Shown: piece after piece, positions 10,236 to 21,786 of the stretch
How positions within the stretch are numbered: position 1 is the stretch's first letter
How the letters are laid out: every line of letters begins with the position of its first letter
From: Nitrospirales bacterium
GTDB taxonomy: Bacteria > Nitrospirota > Nitrospiria > Nitrospirales > UBA8639
Assembly (NCBI GenBank): GCA_965203295.1
Contig: CBDBCZ010000019.1
Coordinates: 2,656,001 to 2,720,000, forward strand
Length of the DNA: 64,000 bases
Direction: 5' to 3'
The notes under the pieces: generated by a model
What the model was told of the DNA's origin: nothing
What the model saw: only the letters and a program-made list of their open reading frames with translations
Database searches by the model: none
Made by a program: the position numbers and the translations under genes

Positions 10236-12098
10236 GTGAAGCACATGGAATACCAAGTTTCTGCTCGTAAGTACCGCCCTAGCACATTTCAGGATTTGAT
10301 CGGCCAGCCGCATGTGGTCCAAACCTTGAAAAATGCTATTGCAACCAAACGGGTGGCCCATGCCTACCTGTTTTCGGGGATGCGTGGCGTAGGGAAAACG
10401 ACGGCAGCTCGAATTCTGGCCAAGGCTCTCAATTGCGTACAGGGACCAACGGAACAGCCGTGCGACGAATGTGAAAGTTGTGTCGAGATTACGCGAGGCA
10501 ATTCGGTTGATGTTATTGAAATCGATGGAGCTTCGAATACCGGTGTCGACGACGTACGGGAGTTGCGAGAAAACGTCAAATTTGCCCCGTTTCGGGGATC
10601 ATATCGAGTGTACATCATCGACGAAGTTCATATGTTATCAAATTCGGCCTTTAATGCGTTGCTCAAAACGCTAGAAGAGCCCCCTGCCCACGCCATTTTT
10701 ATCTTTGCCACGACCGAGATTCACAAAATTCCTGCAACGATTCTTTCTCGTTGTCAGCATTTTAACTTTCGCCGAATCCCTCGATTAGAAATTGTGGATC
10801 GGTTGCGGCATGTGGCCGAACAGAATGGAGTCGCTGTAGAGGATCGTGGGTTCGTGCTTATCGCCAGAGTCAGTGACGGAAGCATGAGAGATGCCTTGAG
10901 CCTATTGGACCAAGCAGTCGCCTTTGGAGGATCAACGGTCCAATGTGAAGACTTGGAAAAAATGTTGGGGTCGGTTCCGGATACACTTATTCAGGATTTA
11001 GTGACAGCCCTCATTTGCCAAGATGCTCCTCGGGGAGTGGAACTCGTGGCTGAAATCCTTGACCGAGGATACGATCTTCGCTCTTCCTGCAGTGCAGTTG
11101 TCGAGCGAATCCGTCACTTACTCATCACTTCAGTGGTCTCGTCTCGGGAGCAAGTTCAAACTCTTATGGATCTTCCTGTGGAAGAGGTCGAGCAAATTAT
11201 CAAAGATGCCGAATCATGCGCTCCAGAGAAACTCCGAGCGATCTTTGAGATTTTTTCACGTGTTGAGGATGCCTTAAGAGGAACGATGCATCCTCGATTT
11301 GCGTTTGAAGTTGCCGTCGTTCGTGCCGCTTGCTTATCTCACACAAATTCGGAACCTACCTCTACCACAGACGACAAGGCATCGAGAAATCAGACTGCCG
11401 CGTTGCCTCAACGGTCCCAAGCCCCTCAGCCCTCAGAACCACCGAAAACGGCTCCAAGGTCGACCGAGAGTCGTACTCAACACAAGTCCGCTCTGTCTCC
11501 TGCAGATTCTTCAACACACGCGAGCAAGGCTGAATCGTCTCCTGTAAAACCTGTCAAGAATGAAGAGGGAAGACTGTCCCCTTCGAAGTTGGGTTCCGAA
11601 CAGCCGTCTATGTTGGCCAAAGATCTTCCCCAAAAATCCGAAACGGTTAAAGATGCATCGACCCCATCTAATCCAGCTTTAAGCATGGAGCAGTGGGAAC
11701 ATGTCGTGGACCAAGTGGTCACACAATACCCCAATATTGGAACCTTTTTAGAAATGGGGACCCTCGTGAAAATCGATGGTGACCAAGTCGTGATCGGATA
11801 CCCTAAAACTGCCTCTGTTGCGTGTTCCCGAATTCAAAAGGAGGAACATCGAGGAGTCGTGGCCAAGCTGGTTGAAGAATGTGTAGGCCGGCCTGTTCCC
11901 ATTCGAGTCGTGGAGCTCAAAGAAGGAGAGGCTACCGGTCTCACGATTGGCCAAACTAGGGCGAAGTTGCGAGAGTCTGAGGATCAGACCCTATTAGAAG
12001 ATGCCCGAGCCCATCCCTTAGTCAAGCAAGCCATGGAGATTTTTGGGGGAAAAGTGGTAAAGGCACGACGAGTTCCTATCAATAAGGAGGCATCCTGA
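10236..12098 (+). CDS. dnaX: DNA polymerase III subunit gamma/tau
   Basis: ARKYRP, GVGKTT, DEVHML, SRC, GSMRDALS, and a Ser/Pro-rich linker. Confidence 0.96.
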   Translation: MKHMEYQVSARKYRPSTFQDLIGQPHVVQTLKNAIATKRVAHAYLFSGMRGVGKTTAARILAKALNCVQGPTEQPCDECESCVEITRGNSVDVIEIDGASNTGVDDVRELRENVKFAPFRGSYRVYIIDEVHMLSNSAFNALLKTLEEPPAHAIFIFATTEIHKIPATILSRCQHFNFRRIPRLEIVDRLRHVAEQNGVAVEDRGFVLIARVSDGSMRDALSLLDQAVAFGGSTVQCEDLEKMLGSVPDTLIQDLVTALICQDAPRGVELVAEILDRGYDLRSSCSAVVERIRHLLITSVVSSREQVQTLMDLPVEEVEQIIKDAESCAPEKLRAIFEIFSRVEDALRGTMHPRFAFEVAVVRAACLSHTNSEPTSTTDDKASRNQTAALPQRSQAPQPSEPPKTAPRSTESRTQHKSALSPADSSTHASKAESSPVKPVKNEEGRLSPSKLGSEQPSMLAKDLPQKSETVKDASTPSNPALSMEQWEHVVDQVVTQYPNIGTFLEMGTLVKIDGDQVVIGYPKTASVACSRIQKEEHRGVVAKLVEECVGRPVPIRVVELKEGEATGLTIGQTRAKLRESEDQTLLEDARAHPLVKQAMEIFGGKVVKARRVPINKEAS

Positions 12099-12424
12099 TG
12101 TCCAAAAATCCCTTGGGTAATATGGGACAATTCATGAAGCAAGCTCAACAGATGCAGGAACGCTTAGGGAAAATTCAGGAAGAGGCTGCATCAAAAACAG
12201 TAGAAGCCTCCGCGGGTGGAGGGGTAGTCAAAGTCGCCGTAAATGGAGCCACGCAGGTGACAAAGATCATCATTGATCCAGAAGTCATCAAGTCGGAAGA
12301 GTCCGAAATGCTCCAAGATCTTCTCGTCGCTGCGACGAATGAAGGCTTGCGTAAGGCCAAGGAGATGATGGCGGAAGAAGTCAAGGGGCTCACCGGCGGA
12401 ATGGGAATTCCTGGACTCTTTTAG
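12098..12424 (+). CDS. ybaB: YbaB/EbfC nucleoid-associated protein
   Basis: KQAQQMQ...AGGGVVKV...MLQDLLVAA; dnaX-ybaB-recR synteny. Confidence 0.95.
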   Translation: MSKNPLGNMGQFMKQAQQMQERLGKIQEEAASKTVEASAGGGVVKVAVNGATQVTKIIIDPEVIKSEESEMLQDLLVAATNEGLRKAKEMMAEEVKGLTGGMGIPGLF

Positions 12425-12467
12425 GTTCGAGAATAAGGGTTTGATCCGCTGGGATAATCAATAAGAC

Positions 12468-13082
12468 ATGAGCAAGCATTATGATCCTTCACACCAAGGG
12501 TTATTAGGGAAGTTGGTTCGGGAGTTTTGTCGCCTTCCTGGCATCGGGCAAAAAACGGCTCAACGGCTGGCGTTTCACATCATGAAGGCAAACCGAGAAG
12601 AGGCACTCCGGCTAGCCGAGGCCATTCACGATGTCAAAGAACATGTCGCACTGTGCGTGCAATGTTGGAACATTGCTGAAGGTGAACTGTGTACCATTTG
12701 TCAAGATCCCAAACGAGATCGCACGAAAATTCTCGTGGTAGAGGAGCCCAGCACGTTGCATGCCATTGAACAAAGTAAAGGATTTCATGGTTTGTATCAC
12801 GTCCTGATGGGGTCCCTCTCCCCTCTTGAAGGAGTTGGACCGAACGATATTCGAGCCAAGGAACTCGAGTTGCGCGTCAAAAGCGGAGGAGTCGAAGAAG
12901 TGATCGTGGCGACGAACCCGACGATTGAAGGTGAGGCTACCTCTATTTATCTGACGAAAATTCTCAAACCGTATGGGGTTCTGGTGTCGAGAATCGCCTA
13001 TGGTATTCCCGTCGGCATGGATATTGAGTACGCGGATGAAGTCACCTTGACAAAATCCATTGAAGGAAGGAGGAATTTATAG
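12468..13082 (+). CDS. recR: Recombination protein RecR
   Basis: LPGIGQKTAQRLAF, C4 zinc finger, EGEAT, EYADEVTL. Confidence 0.97.
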   Translation: MSKHYDPSHQGLLGKLVREFCRLPGIGQKTAQRLAFHIMKANREEALRLAEAIHDVKEHVALCVQCWNIAEGELCTICQDPKRDRTKILVVEEPSTLHAIEQSKGFHGLYHVLMGSLSPLEGVGPNDIRAKELELRVKSGGVEEVIVATNPTIEGEATSIYLTKILKPYGVLVSRIAYGIPVGMDIEYADEVTLTKSIEGRRNL

Positions 13083-13371
13083 TCGCTCCATGAAAAAAGT
13101 TTCCCACGGCGCTCTGACTTAGTCACCCCCTCCAGCAGCCATTTCCCGTCTTCAATCAAGGTGTTTCATCAAAAGGCGCCTCGTAACTGCCGATTTAGGT
13201 TCATGAAGTGTAAGAATGATCATTTCTACGCTTGCCCCCCGTTACCCTTGAAATCTCAATAACTGCTCTACTTCGTAATCAGCTAGCTGTGCTCTCACAT
13301 ACACTCTCTTGAGGAGAGATCTTCTTGCTTCCTGATGATAAGGGTGAGCTCAACTGGGGTGATTCGAGTTC

Positions 13372-14217
13372 ATGGTATCCGAACTGAGTTATGGTAGTAT
13401 ACGAGTCATGACGTGTTCTCATTCCCTTGATTCAGCAACCCTCCTGGAATTTCAAAAAATCGCCACAGAAGCCGCCCAAGTCGGTGGCACAATCTTGCAA
13501 CACTATATCCAAGCAGGATTCAAGATTGAGCACAAAGACTTAGTGAATCTTGTAACGGATGCCGATCGCAAGTCGGAAGCAGCTATCGTGAATGTTCTTC
13601 GTCGAGCTTACCCCTCCCATCAAATTTTAGCTGAGTAAGAAGGGATTCATGCAGCTTCACCATTACCATTCAAATGGATCATCGATCCTTTGGATGGGAC
13701 GACCAATTTTGCCCATGGGTTTCCCATGTACGCAGTCTCCATTGGGCTGGAGTATGAGGGGAGGTGTATTGTCGGGGTCGTGTGGGATCCGACGAGACAG
13801 GAACTCTATGTGAGCGCGAAGGGAGAAGGAGCCACCCTCAATGGTCAACCCATTCAGGTCTCAAAGGTGTCCAAACTGAATCACGCGTTATTGGTGACCG
13901 AGTTTGGATACGATATTCGTGAGACGGCGGACAATAACCTCGATGAATTTTGCCGGTTTTCCCTTCTTGCCCAAGGAGTGAGACGAACTGGCACCGCGGC
14001 TCTCGACATGTGCTATGTGGCATGTGGGCGGTTTGATGGCTTTTGGGAGCTCAAGCTCAATCCATGGGATACGGCAGCTGGCTTGGTCATGATCCAAGAA
14101 GCGGGAGGGCGAGTCACGAACTACCAAAACGAACCTTTTTCTGTCTATGGAAAGAAGATTGTGGCCAGTAACGGGTTCATTCATGAGAAGATCCTAGAGG
14201 TGTTAAAGGAAAGTTAG
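13372..14217 (+). pseudogene. suhB: Inositol monophosphatase family gene with in-frame stop at 13636-13638
   Basis: LVTDAD, ILAE*EG, WIIDPLDGTTNF and PWDTAAG are all in one frame, interrupted by TAA (GAA expected). Confidence 0.88.
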
Positions 14218-14220
14218 GAA

Positions 14221-15054
14221 ATGAAAACCTTTCTTAAGATTCTCCTACTCCTCCTCATTGTTGTGGCTGTGGGTGTGTTGTTAATTAGCCCTTCGCTCAA
14301 TGCCCTCGTCAAAACGGGTGTAGAAACCATAGGGACACAGGTTCTTGGAACATCCGTCACTCTCAAGGAGGTCGACATCTCGTTGATACCAGAGGGTGAC
14401 TTTCTCCAGGGGAGTTTCGCGGAGCTGGTTGTGAAAAATCCACCAGGATTTCAAACAGATGAGGCCTTTTGGCTTCCCTCAATTCAAATCCGCGTGAATC
14501 GACAATCCGTACTCACGGACACCGTCATTATTGAAGAAATAGTCATTGATGAACCGGAGGTGACCTTTGAAGGAGGGCCACGCGTGACGATTAATCTTGA
14601 CACGATTAATACATGTCTCAATGAATTTTCTAGAGGTGAGCCGAGCCAATCAGAGAAAAAGGAACCATCTAATGAAGGTCAAGACGAGAAAGTGAATCAA
14701 GTCGAGCAAGAGGAAGCCGAGGAAGCCAATGATAAAAAGCTTCAAATTAACCATGTGATCGTGAAGAACGGCACCATCAACCTGAGTGTGCTGAGTATGA
14801 AGGGGCTCGTATTTGCAGTGCCTCTTCCCGATCTCCATTTGCGAGATATCGGGAAAGCCTCAGGAGGCGTAAGTATTGAACAAGCTTCCGCCGAAGTGTT
14901 CGACGGGGTCTATGCCAGTATCACCAAAACAGTTTCAAAGTCAGGAAAATTGAGCGATGGGGGAACTGATAAGCTCAAACGAACGGTCGAGGCTTTGGGG
15001 GAAGCTGGGGAGAAAGCCGGCAGGGCCATTCTCAAAGGATTATTCGGTCAATAA
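14221..15054 (+). CDS. AsmA-like membrane-anchored hypothetical protein
   Basis: N-terminal TM anchor followed by a beta-rich body (VKNPPGF, IEEIVIDEPEV). Confidence 0.6.
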   Translation: MKTFLKILLLLLIVVAVGVLLISPSLNALVKTGVETIGTQVLGTSVTLKEVDISLIPEGDFLQGSFAELVVKNPPGFQTDEAFWLPSIQIRVNRQSVLTDTVIIEEIVIDEPEVTFEGGPRVTINLDTINTCLNEFSRGEPSQSEKKEPSNEGQDEKVNQVEQEEAEEANDKKLQINHVIVKNGTINLSVLSMKGLVFAVPLPDLHLRDIGKASGGVSIEQASAEVFDGVYASITKTVSKSGKLSDGGTDKLKRTVEALGEAGEKAGRAILKGLFGQ

Positions 15055-15083
15055 TGGCTTGAGAACTTTTTCCCATAAGCCAC

Positions 15084-15746
15084 TGACCTGCCCCCTTTAA
15101 ACCGCTCCTGAGTCTATGTGACAGGCTTGAGGACATTAAAGGAGGGGCATATGCCACGCGTCAAATTCTCCGTCGAACCAATCATTCCCAAACTCCGTGA
15201 AGCGGAAGTGCTGTTAGCTCAAGGGTAAACGATAAAAGATATTTGTCGGAAGTGGAGTCTGACCGAACCCGCCTACTATCGCTGGCGGCATGAGTATGGG
15301 GGTCTGAAACTCGATCAGGCGAAACGGCTCAAGGATTGGGAACGTGAGAAGACCCGGTTGAAACGCGCCGTTGCCGAGCTGACTTTGGACAAGTTGATTG
15401 TGAAGGAAGCCGCTGAGGGAACCTGCTACGCCCCACTCGGCGACGTCGGGCGGTCGTCACGATCGGTCAGCGGTTGGGGGGCGAACAACGGACGTGTCAG
15501 GTGTTGGGGCCACCACAAGCTCCCCAACGGTATCGAGCCGATATCCCGAACGAAGAGCGAGCTTGGAGGAAAGCGATTGTCCGTCTGGCCAGGCAATATG
15601 GTCGCTATAGGTATCGCCGGATTACGGCGTTGCTTCACACAGAGGGCGGGCGAGTGAATCATAAACGCGTGGAGCGAATATGGCGGCAGGAGGGGTTAAA
15701 GGTGCCTCAGAAACAACCTAAACGCGGGCGATTTTGGTTGAAGGAT
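15084..15746 (+). mobile_element. Truncated IS3-family (IS407-group-like) insertion sequence remnant
   Basis: Left end TGACCTGCCCCC. orfA from 15151 (IIPKLREAEV...YYRWRHEYGG...LTLDKLI) has a TAA at 15226. orfB start (RYRYRRI...NHKRVERIWRQEGL) is cut before the DDE domain. Confidence 0.88.
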
Positions 15747-16198
15747 GTTTATGGAACAATCACCGAGGGCGGGTCAATCTTAAAACTTTTTTGGACAAGA
15801 AGTTCCAAAATCTGACCTACCTGGGCATTGACCAGATGCCCGAGTTTATCGCAGCAGAGAGGGAACGCTATCAAGACTGTCCTGACACCTATTTCTACCA
15901 GACCGATTTTACGACCGTTGCGTTACCCCAGGTTGAGTATGTCCTCGCATCTGGCGCCCTGGGCTACCGCTGCAACAATCCCGATTTTTACTTCGACATG
16001 ATCTGAAAAATGTACGAGACTGCTAAGAGGGCCGTCGCGTTCAACATGCTCGACGCGGCTCGATTCCCAGAGGATGAGCTACTCGTCGGGCATGACTGCG
16101 AAAAGATCATGTTATTCTGTCACACGCTTTCACCGCGCACCAAGATGGTCAGAGGGTATCTGGACGATGATTTTACGATTATGATAGGGAAGGAGTAG
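15747..16198 (+). pseudogene. Class I SAM-dependent methyltransferase fragment (N-terminus lost, in-frame TGA at 16004)
   Basis: YLGIDQMPEFI, YVLASG, VAFNML and YLDDDFTI in one frame across the TGA. Confidence 0.65.
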
Positions 16199-16262
16199 GT
16201 ACGAGGCTGAACTCTGTTGTCTTCAGGTAAAGAAGCTAGCCCATACCATGAAAAGGATTCTA

Positions 16263-17139
16263 ATGAAGCCAGGGATATCGGCCATTCTCCTCATTCACTG
16301 TAAGGATAAAAGGGGATCGTGGCTCGAGTGGCCGGATTCATTCACGATTGTGGTGGCAATATACTGGATTCCGATCATCACACTGATCGGGAAACTGGAG
16401 ACTTCTTGATGCGAACGGTCTTCGAACTTGATGGGTTCCAGATTCCCAGAGACGAAATTGCCGCTTCATTTGCTCCCATCGCCAAAGTTTTTGACATCTT
16501 GTTTCAACTTCACTTCTCGGATCGACGCCCTCGAGTAGGCCTCTTAGTGTCTCAACTCGACCACTGCCTGGTTGACCTTCTTCAGCGACAACGACGGAGT
16601 GAATTGGAGATCGATATTCCCGTCATTGTTTCAAATCATGAAGTCTGCCGATTTTGGGCCGAATTGTTTGGCATCCCATTTATTCACTATCCGATTAGAG
16701 ATGGGAACAAACAGGAGCAAGAAGAAGATGTGCTTGCGGCATTCAAAGGGCGGCACGTGTCACTGTTAGTGATGGCTCGTTATATGCAAATTCTGAGTAG
16801 CACGTTTTTAGACAGGATTGGATGCCCGATCATAAATATTCACCATTCGTTTCTTCCGGCCTTTACAGGAGCGAAACCTTATCACCAAGCCTACCAGCGA
16901 GGCGTGAAGGTTATCGGAGCGACAGCGCACTACGCCACGGCCGAGCTTGATGAGGGGCCTATTATTGAACAAGATGTCATTCGGATCGGGCACCGAGATT
17001 CCATCCAGGATCTTATTCGAACCAGGATCTTATTCGAAAAGGTCGGGACCTCGAGGTGATCGTTTTGGCCAGAGCGGTGCGCGCGCACGTAGAGCATCGG
17101 GTACTGATTTACGGGCAGAAGACGGTCATTTTTGATTAG
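16263..17139 (+). pseudogene. purU: Formyltetrahydrofolate deformylase with two frameshifts
   Basis: [35 protein letters not shown]. 1-bp deletion near 16310 and a 17-bp tandem duplication at 17005-17038. The C-terminus [13 protein letters not shown]...KTVIFD* is in another frame. Confidence 0.9.
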
Positions 17140-17193
17140 AAGGTACTCTGTGCAGAACGCTGGTGTAAACTGCAGACACTGACAACGTGGTGC

Positions 17194-19698
17194 TTAGGGT
17201 GTGACTGTTTTCTCTGGTCCTAACGGTTTAAAAAGAAGAAGCAAGGCCGCCAATAACGTTAAGTTGCTCATGAGCGCGACAAGCATGGCAAATCCAGTGA
17301 GCACCCCAAAATAAATAGTCGGGATAAAGTTCGACAACGCTAAGATTGAAAACCCAACCGTAATCGTCAACGCTGTGTAATAAATGGCTCGCCCAATGCT
17401 GCCATGGCAGGCCCGGATGGTGTCGGGATAGTGATTATATTTGGCGAATTCCACTTGAAACCGGTGGATATAGTGAATGGCGTGGTCGACGGCAATTCCC
17501 ACGGTGATGGTAGCAATCGTGATGGTCATGATGTCCAAGGGTATTCCAATCCAGCCCATGAGTCCGAGAACCGAACAGGCAGCGAGAATGTTGGGGATAA
17601 TCGCCAGCACCGATAATCTGACACTTCTAAACAAGACGATGAACATGCCCAGAATGCTAACAAAGACCACCCCCAAAGTCAGAATCTGTGATCGATACAG
17701 GCTCTGAAGCAAGTTGTTGTAGAGGACCGCCATGCCGGTTGGATGGACATTAGCCTCAGAAAATTTCATGTCTTCAACGAGGTAGGTCTTGATTTTATCG
17801 ATGAGGGCTTGTCGTTTGAGCGTTGGGGCTGATTCTATGAGACGCATCGTGATACGGACTTGGTTCGCATCTGGAGAGAGATAGGGGTCAATCAGCGCTT
17901 CTTTGACATCCTCTGGGACCAGCTTTCGAAAAACGGCCAATTCATAATCCTCTGGCATTTGCCCGTCGTTCAGTTCCTTGAACACTTTCATTCCTGTGGC
18001 AATCGACAGCACTTTCCCTACTTCAGGAAGCCCTTCCAGGTAGTCATGAATCTCCTCTACCTTATTAAGCATATCCCCATTAAACCAATAGGTATAATCG
18101 TCCGCTTCGCTTTCATTGCCAAAGGGGTCATCAAAGGGATCCCCGGTATCTTCTAATTCTTCGAGTGACGCAAAAAAGTCATCATCTGCGTCAATTACAA
18201 ATTCCAGGGGAATCGTCCCTCCAAGTTGAGTATCAATCAACTCCATACCCTGATAAATTTCTGTGGTGCTTTTAAAGTGATCGATGAAGCGGTTTTCGAC
18301 ATCTAATTGGGAAATGCCCAGAACACCCAGCACCGCTAAGATCGAGCAAAACACTATGATCTTTATCGAATGGTGCTGAGTGAAAGAAGCCACTGCGAGA
18401 GTGAATGCGCGTGTTCGATCTGGGCGGGTAATCGCTTTCTCGGGACGTAAGAGTATGAGAACGGAGGGGAAATAGACAAAATTCAAAACAAAGGCGAAAA
18501 GAATCCCAACCGTCATCATCCACCCAAAATCAATGACCGGCCGGATATCGCTGACGATAAGAGAACAGAAAGCAACGATCGTGGTGATGGCAGTATAAAA
18601 GCAAGGTTTGGCCATTATCCGCATGGTATCGAACACGACCGTTTTCTGATCTGCGGTAGGATTGTTTTCAAGCAAAATCCGATACCGCACAATAAGATGG
18701 ATGGTTAAAGACATGGTGATAATGAGCAAGAGTGAAATAAAATTTGATGAAATGACGGTGACCCGCCAATCAAAGTATCCGAGAAAACCAACCATGACGC
18801 TCAACGAGATCAGACAGCATGACATAGAAAGAAGCACCCAGCGGAGCTTTCTGAAAAAATAGCTAAGGGCTAGAATCAAAAAACAGCCCACTCCCAATCC
18901 GAAGACGACAATATCGTGCTCAATAAAGCTGATCATATCCGACGTAATCATACGAGCCCCGCCTAAATACATCTGAGCCTTATCTCGGTATTTATCCATG
19001 ATAGTCCGTACCGTATGAGTGTCTTGACTCTCCATGTCCACGAATTTGGCAAGATAGTCACTAAACTCGCAGGTGGCTTTTTTGAGTTGATTCGACTCCT
19101 CAGGTGTCAGGCCTGAAGCGACTTCTTTCTCTCCAAGCTGATTGCGCGTTTTTAATAAGGAATAGTACTTTTCGTCGCGTTTGAAGATCACTTGGAGTGC
19201 TGTAGTCTGGCCGTCTGGGCTGACCAGATTGTTCCGGTAAATAGGGCTTTCCAGAAATTCCTTCCGGGCAAGTTCTTTATCGACGCCTGGTGTCTGAAGT
19301 GTCCTGACTCCTCCTTCATCAGTGAGTTCAGAGATTGAAACCTTTGGGCTGTTCAATAAAGGGACATCCAATATGGTAAAGATCGACTCCACCCTCTCCA
19401 ACTGAGACAACTCATCACGCAATGATTTGAGATTGGCAAGAGAACTTGGTGACAACAAATCATCCGGAGGAGTATAGGTAATGACCAAGAAGTCATCTGA
19501 GCCGTAAACTTCACGGATAGCGCGGTAATACTTCAAATCCTGGTCATGCTCTAAGACGAGAGATTCAGCTGAGGCATCGAGCTTAAACTTGGGTCCTTGA
19601 AGTGCAAAAAAGACGACAATCAGAAACACGAACAATAACGAGATGATGGGTCGTTCAATGACGCTCTTTTGGTAAAAACGAAGGAGGAACGAACTCAT
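17194..19698 (-). CDS. MMPL/RND-superfamily membrane transporter
   Basis: Two periplasmic domains each followed by a TM cluster; GIAVDHAIH motif. Confidence 0.85.
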   Translation of the reverse strand: MSSFLLRFYQKSVIERPIISLLFVFLIVVFFALQGPKFKLDASAESLVLEHDQDLKYYRAIREVYGSDDFLVITYTPPDDLLSPSSLANLKSLRDELSQLERVESIFTILDVPLLNSPKVSISELTDEGGVRTLQTPGVDKELARKEFLESPIYRNNLVSPDGQTTALQVIFKRDEKYYSLLKTRNQLGEKEVASGLTPEESNQLKKATCEFSDYLAKFVDMESQDTHTVRTIMDKYRDKAQMYLGGARMITSDMISFIEHDIVVFGLGVGCFLILALSYFFRKLRWVLLSMSCCLISLSVMVGFLGYFDWRVTVISSNFISLLLIITMSLTIHLIVRYRILLENNPTADQKTVVFDTMRIMAKPCFYTAITTIVAFCSLIVSDIRPVIDFGWMMTVGILFAFVLNFVYFPSVLILLRPEKAITRPDRTRAFTLAVASFTQHHSIKIIVFCSILAVLGVLGISQLDVENRFIDHFKSTTEIYQGMELIDTQLGGTIPLEFVIDADDDFFASLEELEDTGDPFDDPFGNESEADDYTYWFNGDMLNKVEEIHDYLEGLPEVGKVLSIATGMKVFKELNDGQMPEDYELAVFRKLVPEDVKEALIDPYLSPDANQVRITMRLIESAPTLKRQALIDKIKTYLVEDMKFSEANVHPTGMAVLYNNLLQSLYRSQILTLGVVFVSILGMFIVLFRSVRLSVLAIIPNILAACSVLGLMGWIGIPLDIMTITIATITVGIAVDHAIHYIHRFQVEFAKYNHYPDTIRACHGSIGRAIYYTALTITVGFSILALSNFIPTIYFGVLTGFAMLVALMSNLTLLAALLLLFKPLGPEKTVTP

Positions 19699-20091
19699 GA
19701 TTTTTGCTCTATCTGTTCCTGATAAGGAGTGAAATGATTCTTCTTGTGGCCAAACACAAAGAAGCGACACTAAACATAGACTGAATATGAGAAAATTGTT
19801 TCAACAGAAGCGAATGGATGATTGGGAGCTCAACCTCGTGACTTGCTGGAAACACTCATACTCTGGAATCCGACGACGGAGCCAAGGCTGGGCGTACCAA
19901 GGCCTGCGCATCATCCTTCTGATGAGATCGGAAAGTCAAGAAAGATCCATGAGTATGAGGAGTTGAAAAGGAAACCCTTCATAAGAGCAAGCATCTTTGG
20001 TCTTGCTTCCTGATTGTACTGTCTGCACCGCCCTCTCGCATTCTCACTAACTTTTAACAATGTGTCGAGTTTGGCACGAAAACTTCATGAA

Positions 20092-20719
20092 CTATTTGTT
20101 TTCGGCTGAACCAATGAGATTCTGTGCCTCACATTCGCTCCGGTGACAGGTTTTGTTCCTCGCATTCCGGAGAGCGTAGGCGTACCATTCCATTTCATCG
20201 AGAAAATTTTTGGCCCGCGAGTGATATTTTTCATCCCGAGGTGTGCCCTCTTACGTTGAATGCGTTCTGTACCATTGGGATTGGGAATACCGAGGGGATA
20301 CTTGACATACCCATCTCCGCTAACATGGATCGAAGAGCGACAGAAGCCCGAACGCCTCCAAACGCCCCCGCCGAGTAGCAAACGATAGCCGAAGGTTTCC
20401 AGAAGTATTCTTCAAGGAAGTGATCCATCAAGTTAGCAAGGGCAGGAGGAACCGTATGATTGTATTCACCTGAGACGACGATGTAGGCATCAGCCGGAAT
20501 AATCAGCTTTGCCATTCGCTGCAAAACTTCTGGAGCATGTTCAGGCTCGTATTCCTTGTACATTTTGTCAAGGAGCGGCAATTGATATTCCAAAGGGTCA
20601 ATCAATGCGACATCATGGCCCCGTTCCTGGCATTTCCTCATGAAGAATCGAGCGGCTTTAATCCCTTGCCGATCAGACCGAACAGAACCGTAAAACACTA
20701 CCAACTTCAAAGGAGACAT
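20092..20719 (-). pseudogene. NADPH-dependent FMN reductase family gene, frameshifted near the C-terminus (~20253)
   Basis: GSVRSDR, EYNHTVP, GAFGGVRA. A natural-looking C-terminus (EGTPRDEKY...FLDEMEWYAYALRNAR) continues in a shifted frame to a TAG at 20092. Confidence 0.75.
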
Positions 20720-20797
20720 GGCACACCCCTCCCTGAACGAAACAGATTGAAATCCCTCTTGCCTTAGCGATTGTTGGCCCGGAATGGACCAAGTCCA

Positions 20798-21661
20798 TTA
20801 CTTGACCAATAGAACCGAACAGGTGGATTGATGCAAGACAGTATGGGACACGCTTCCCATTAAAAAACGGGAGACAGCCGAGAGGTTGTGCGTGCCCATC
20901 ACAATCAAGTCTGGTTTGGTTGTGGATTCCTGCTCGAGGATGGTTTCGCCCGGGGCTCCCATCCCAACAAGACCGGTCACAGCATACGGCAGGTCTCGCA
21001 ATTGAGCCACCACCCTATCGATGAACATTTCCGCGCTTTCCAGGGCATGCTTGATCTTGGACTCCGGTGCTGATACACCCGCCCTCCAAATAGATCGGGG
21101 AATGGGAACAACGGTAAAGACGGTGATTTCCGTATTTCTATGAAAGGGATGTTTCATGAGGAACTGTCTGACCATTTCTGCATCCTCAGCACTTTGAATA
21201 GAGAGCAGAATTTTTCGAAATTGCGTGATATGGGATTTCGTCACCAAAATGGAACAGTGCGCATGCATTAGCACTCCATGAGAAGTGCTTCCCAAAACAA
21301 ATTTCTGGAGCTGACCCATCCCTCGTTCCCCTATTATGATCAGGTCTATGTGTTCTTGCTTTGCGATCGAGAGAATCACTTCAGCAGGTGGTCCCTCCTC
21401 TAAGCGCTTGTCAACTGGTGCTGAGTGGTAGGAGAGGTGGGACATCGCATGTTTCAGCACCCGCTCGCCTTCTTCACGCATCGCTTGTTCGACAGTCATG
21501 GCCAGATCCTGAGCAATTTCTGGGCCGACCATGGGATAGGCTAACCGTGGAAGGTCAATGACATGAAGGGCAAGCAGACTCTTGACAGAGGCTATATGCC
21601 CAACCGCCTCGGCGGCATGATATGAAAACTCAGAACCGTCAACTGCTAGAAGCACGCGCAT
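20798..21661 (-). CDS. Tandem-domain universal stress protein
   Basis: MRVLLAVDGS, two USP domains with GS(T/V)SH motifs. Confidence 0.9.
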   Translation of the reverse strand: MRVLLAVDGSEFSYHAAEAVGHIASVKSLLALHVIDLPRLAYPMVGPEIAQDLAMTVEQAMREEGERVLKHAMSHLSYHSAPVDKRLEEGPPAEVILSIAKQEHIDLIIIGERGMGQLQKFVLGSTSHGVLMHAHCSILVTKSHITQFRKILLSIQSAEDAEMVRQFLMKHPFHRNTEITVFTVVPIPRSIWRAGVSAPESKIKHALESAEMFIDRVVAQLRDLPYAVTGLVGMGAPGETILEQESTTKPDLIVMGTHNLSAVSRFLMGSVSHTVLHQSTCSVLLVK

Positions 21662-21786
21662 GGAATGTCTCTTATGTTCAACAGATTTGCTCTCTCTCCT
21701 AACGGACGCTGTATTATAATACGACAAAAGGTTCGACGAACAGGGACAGCACGTTCACCAAAAGCTCAGATGGAACACATGAAGAC

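Noticed and set aside
10236..12098. Programmed frameshift producing the dnaX gamma subunit
   Set aside because: No AAAAAAG-type slippery site with a downstream hairpin was seen after domain III.
13636..16006. In-frame stops (TAA at 13636 and 15226, TGA at 16004) considered as recoding or selenocysteine
   Set aside because: Stop types are mixed, TAA and TGA terminate normal genes here, and the positions are not Cys sites. Simple nonsense mutation explains them.
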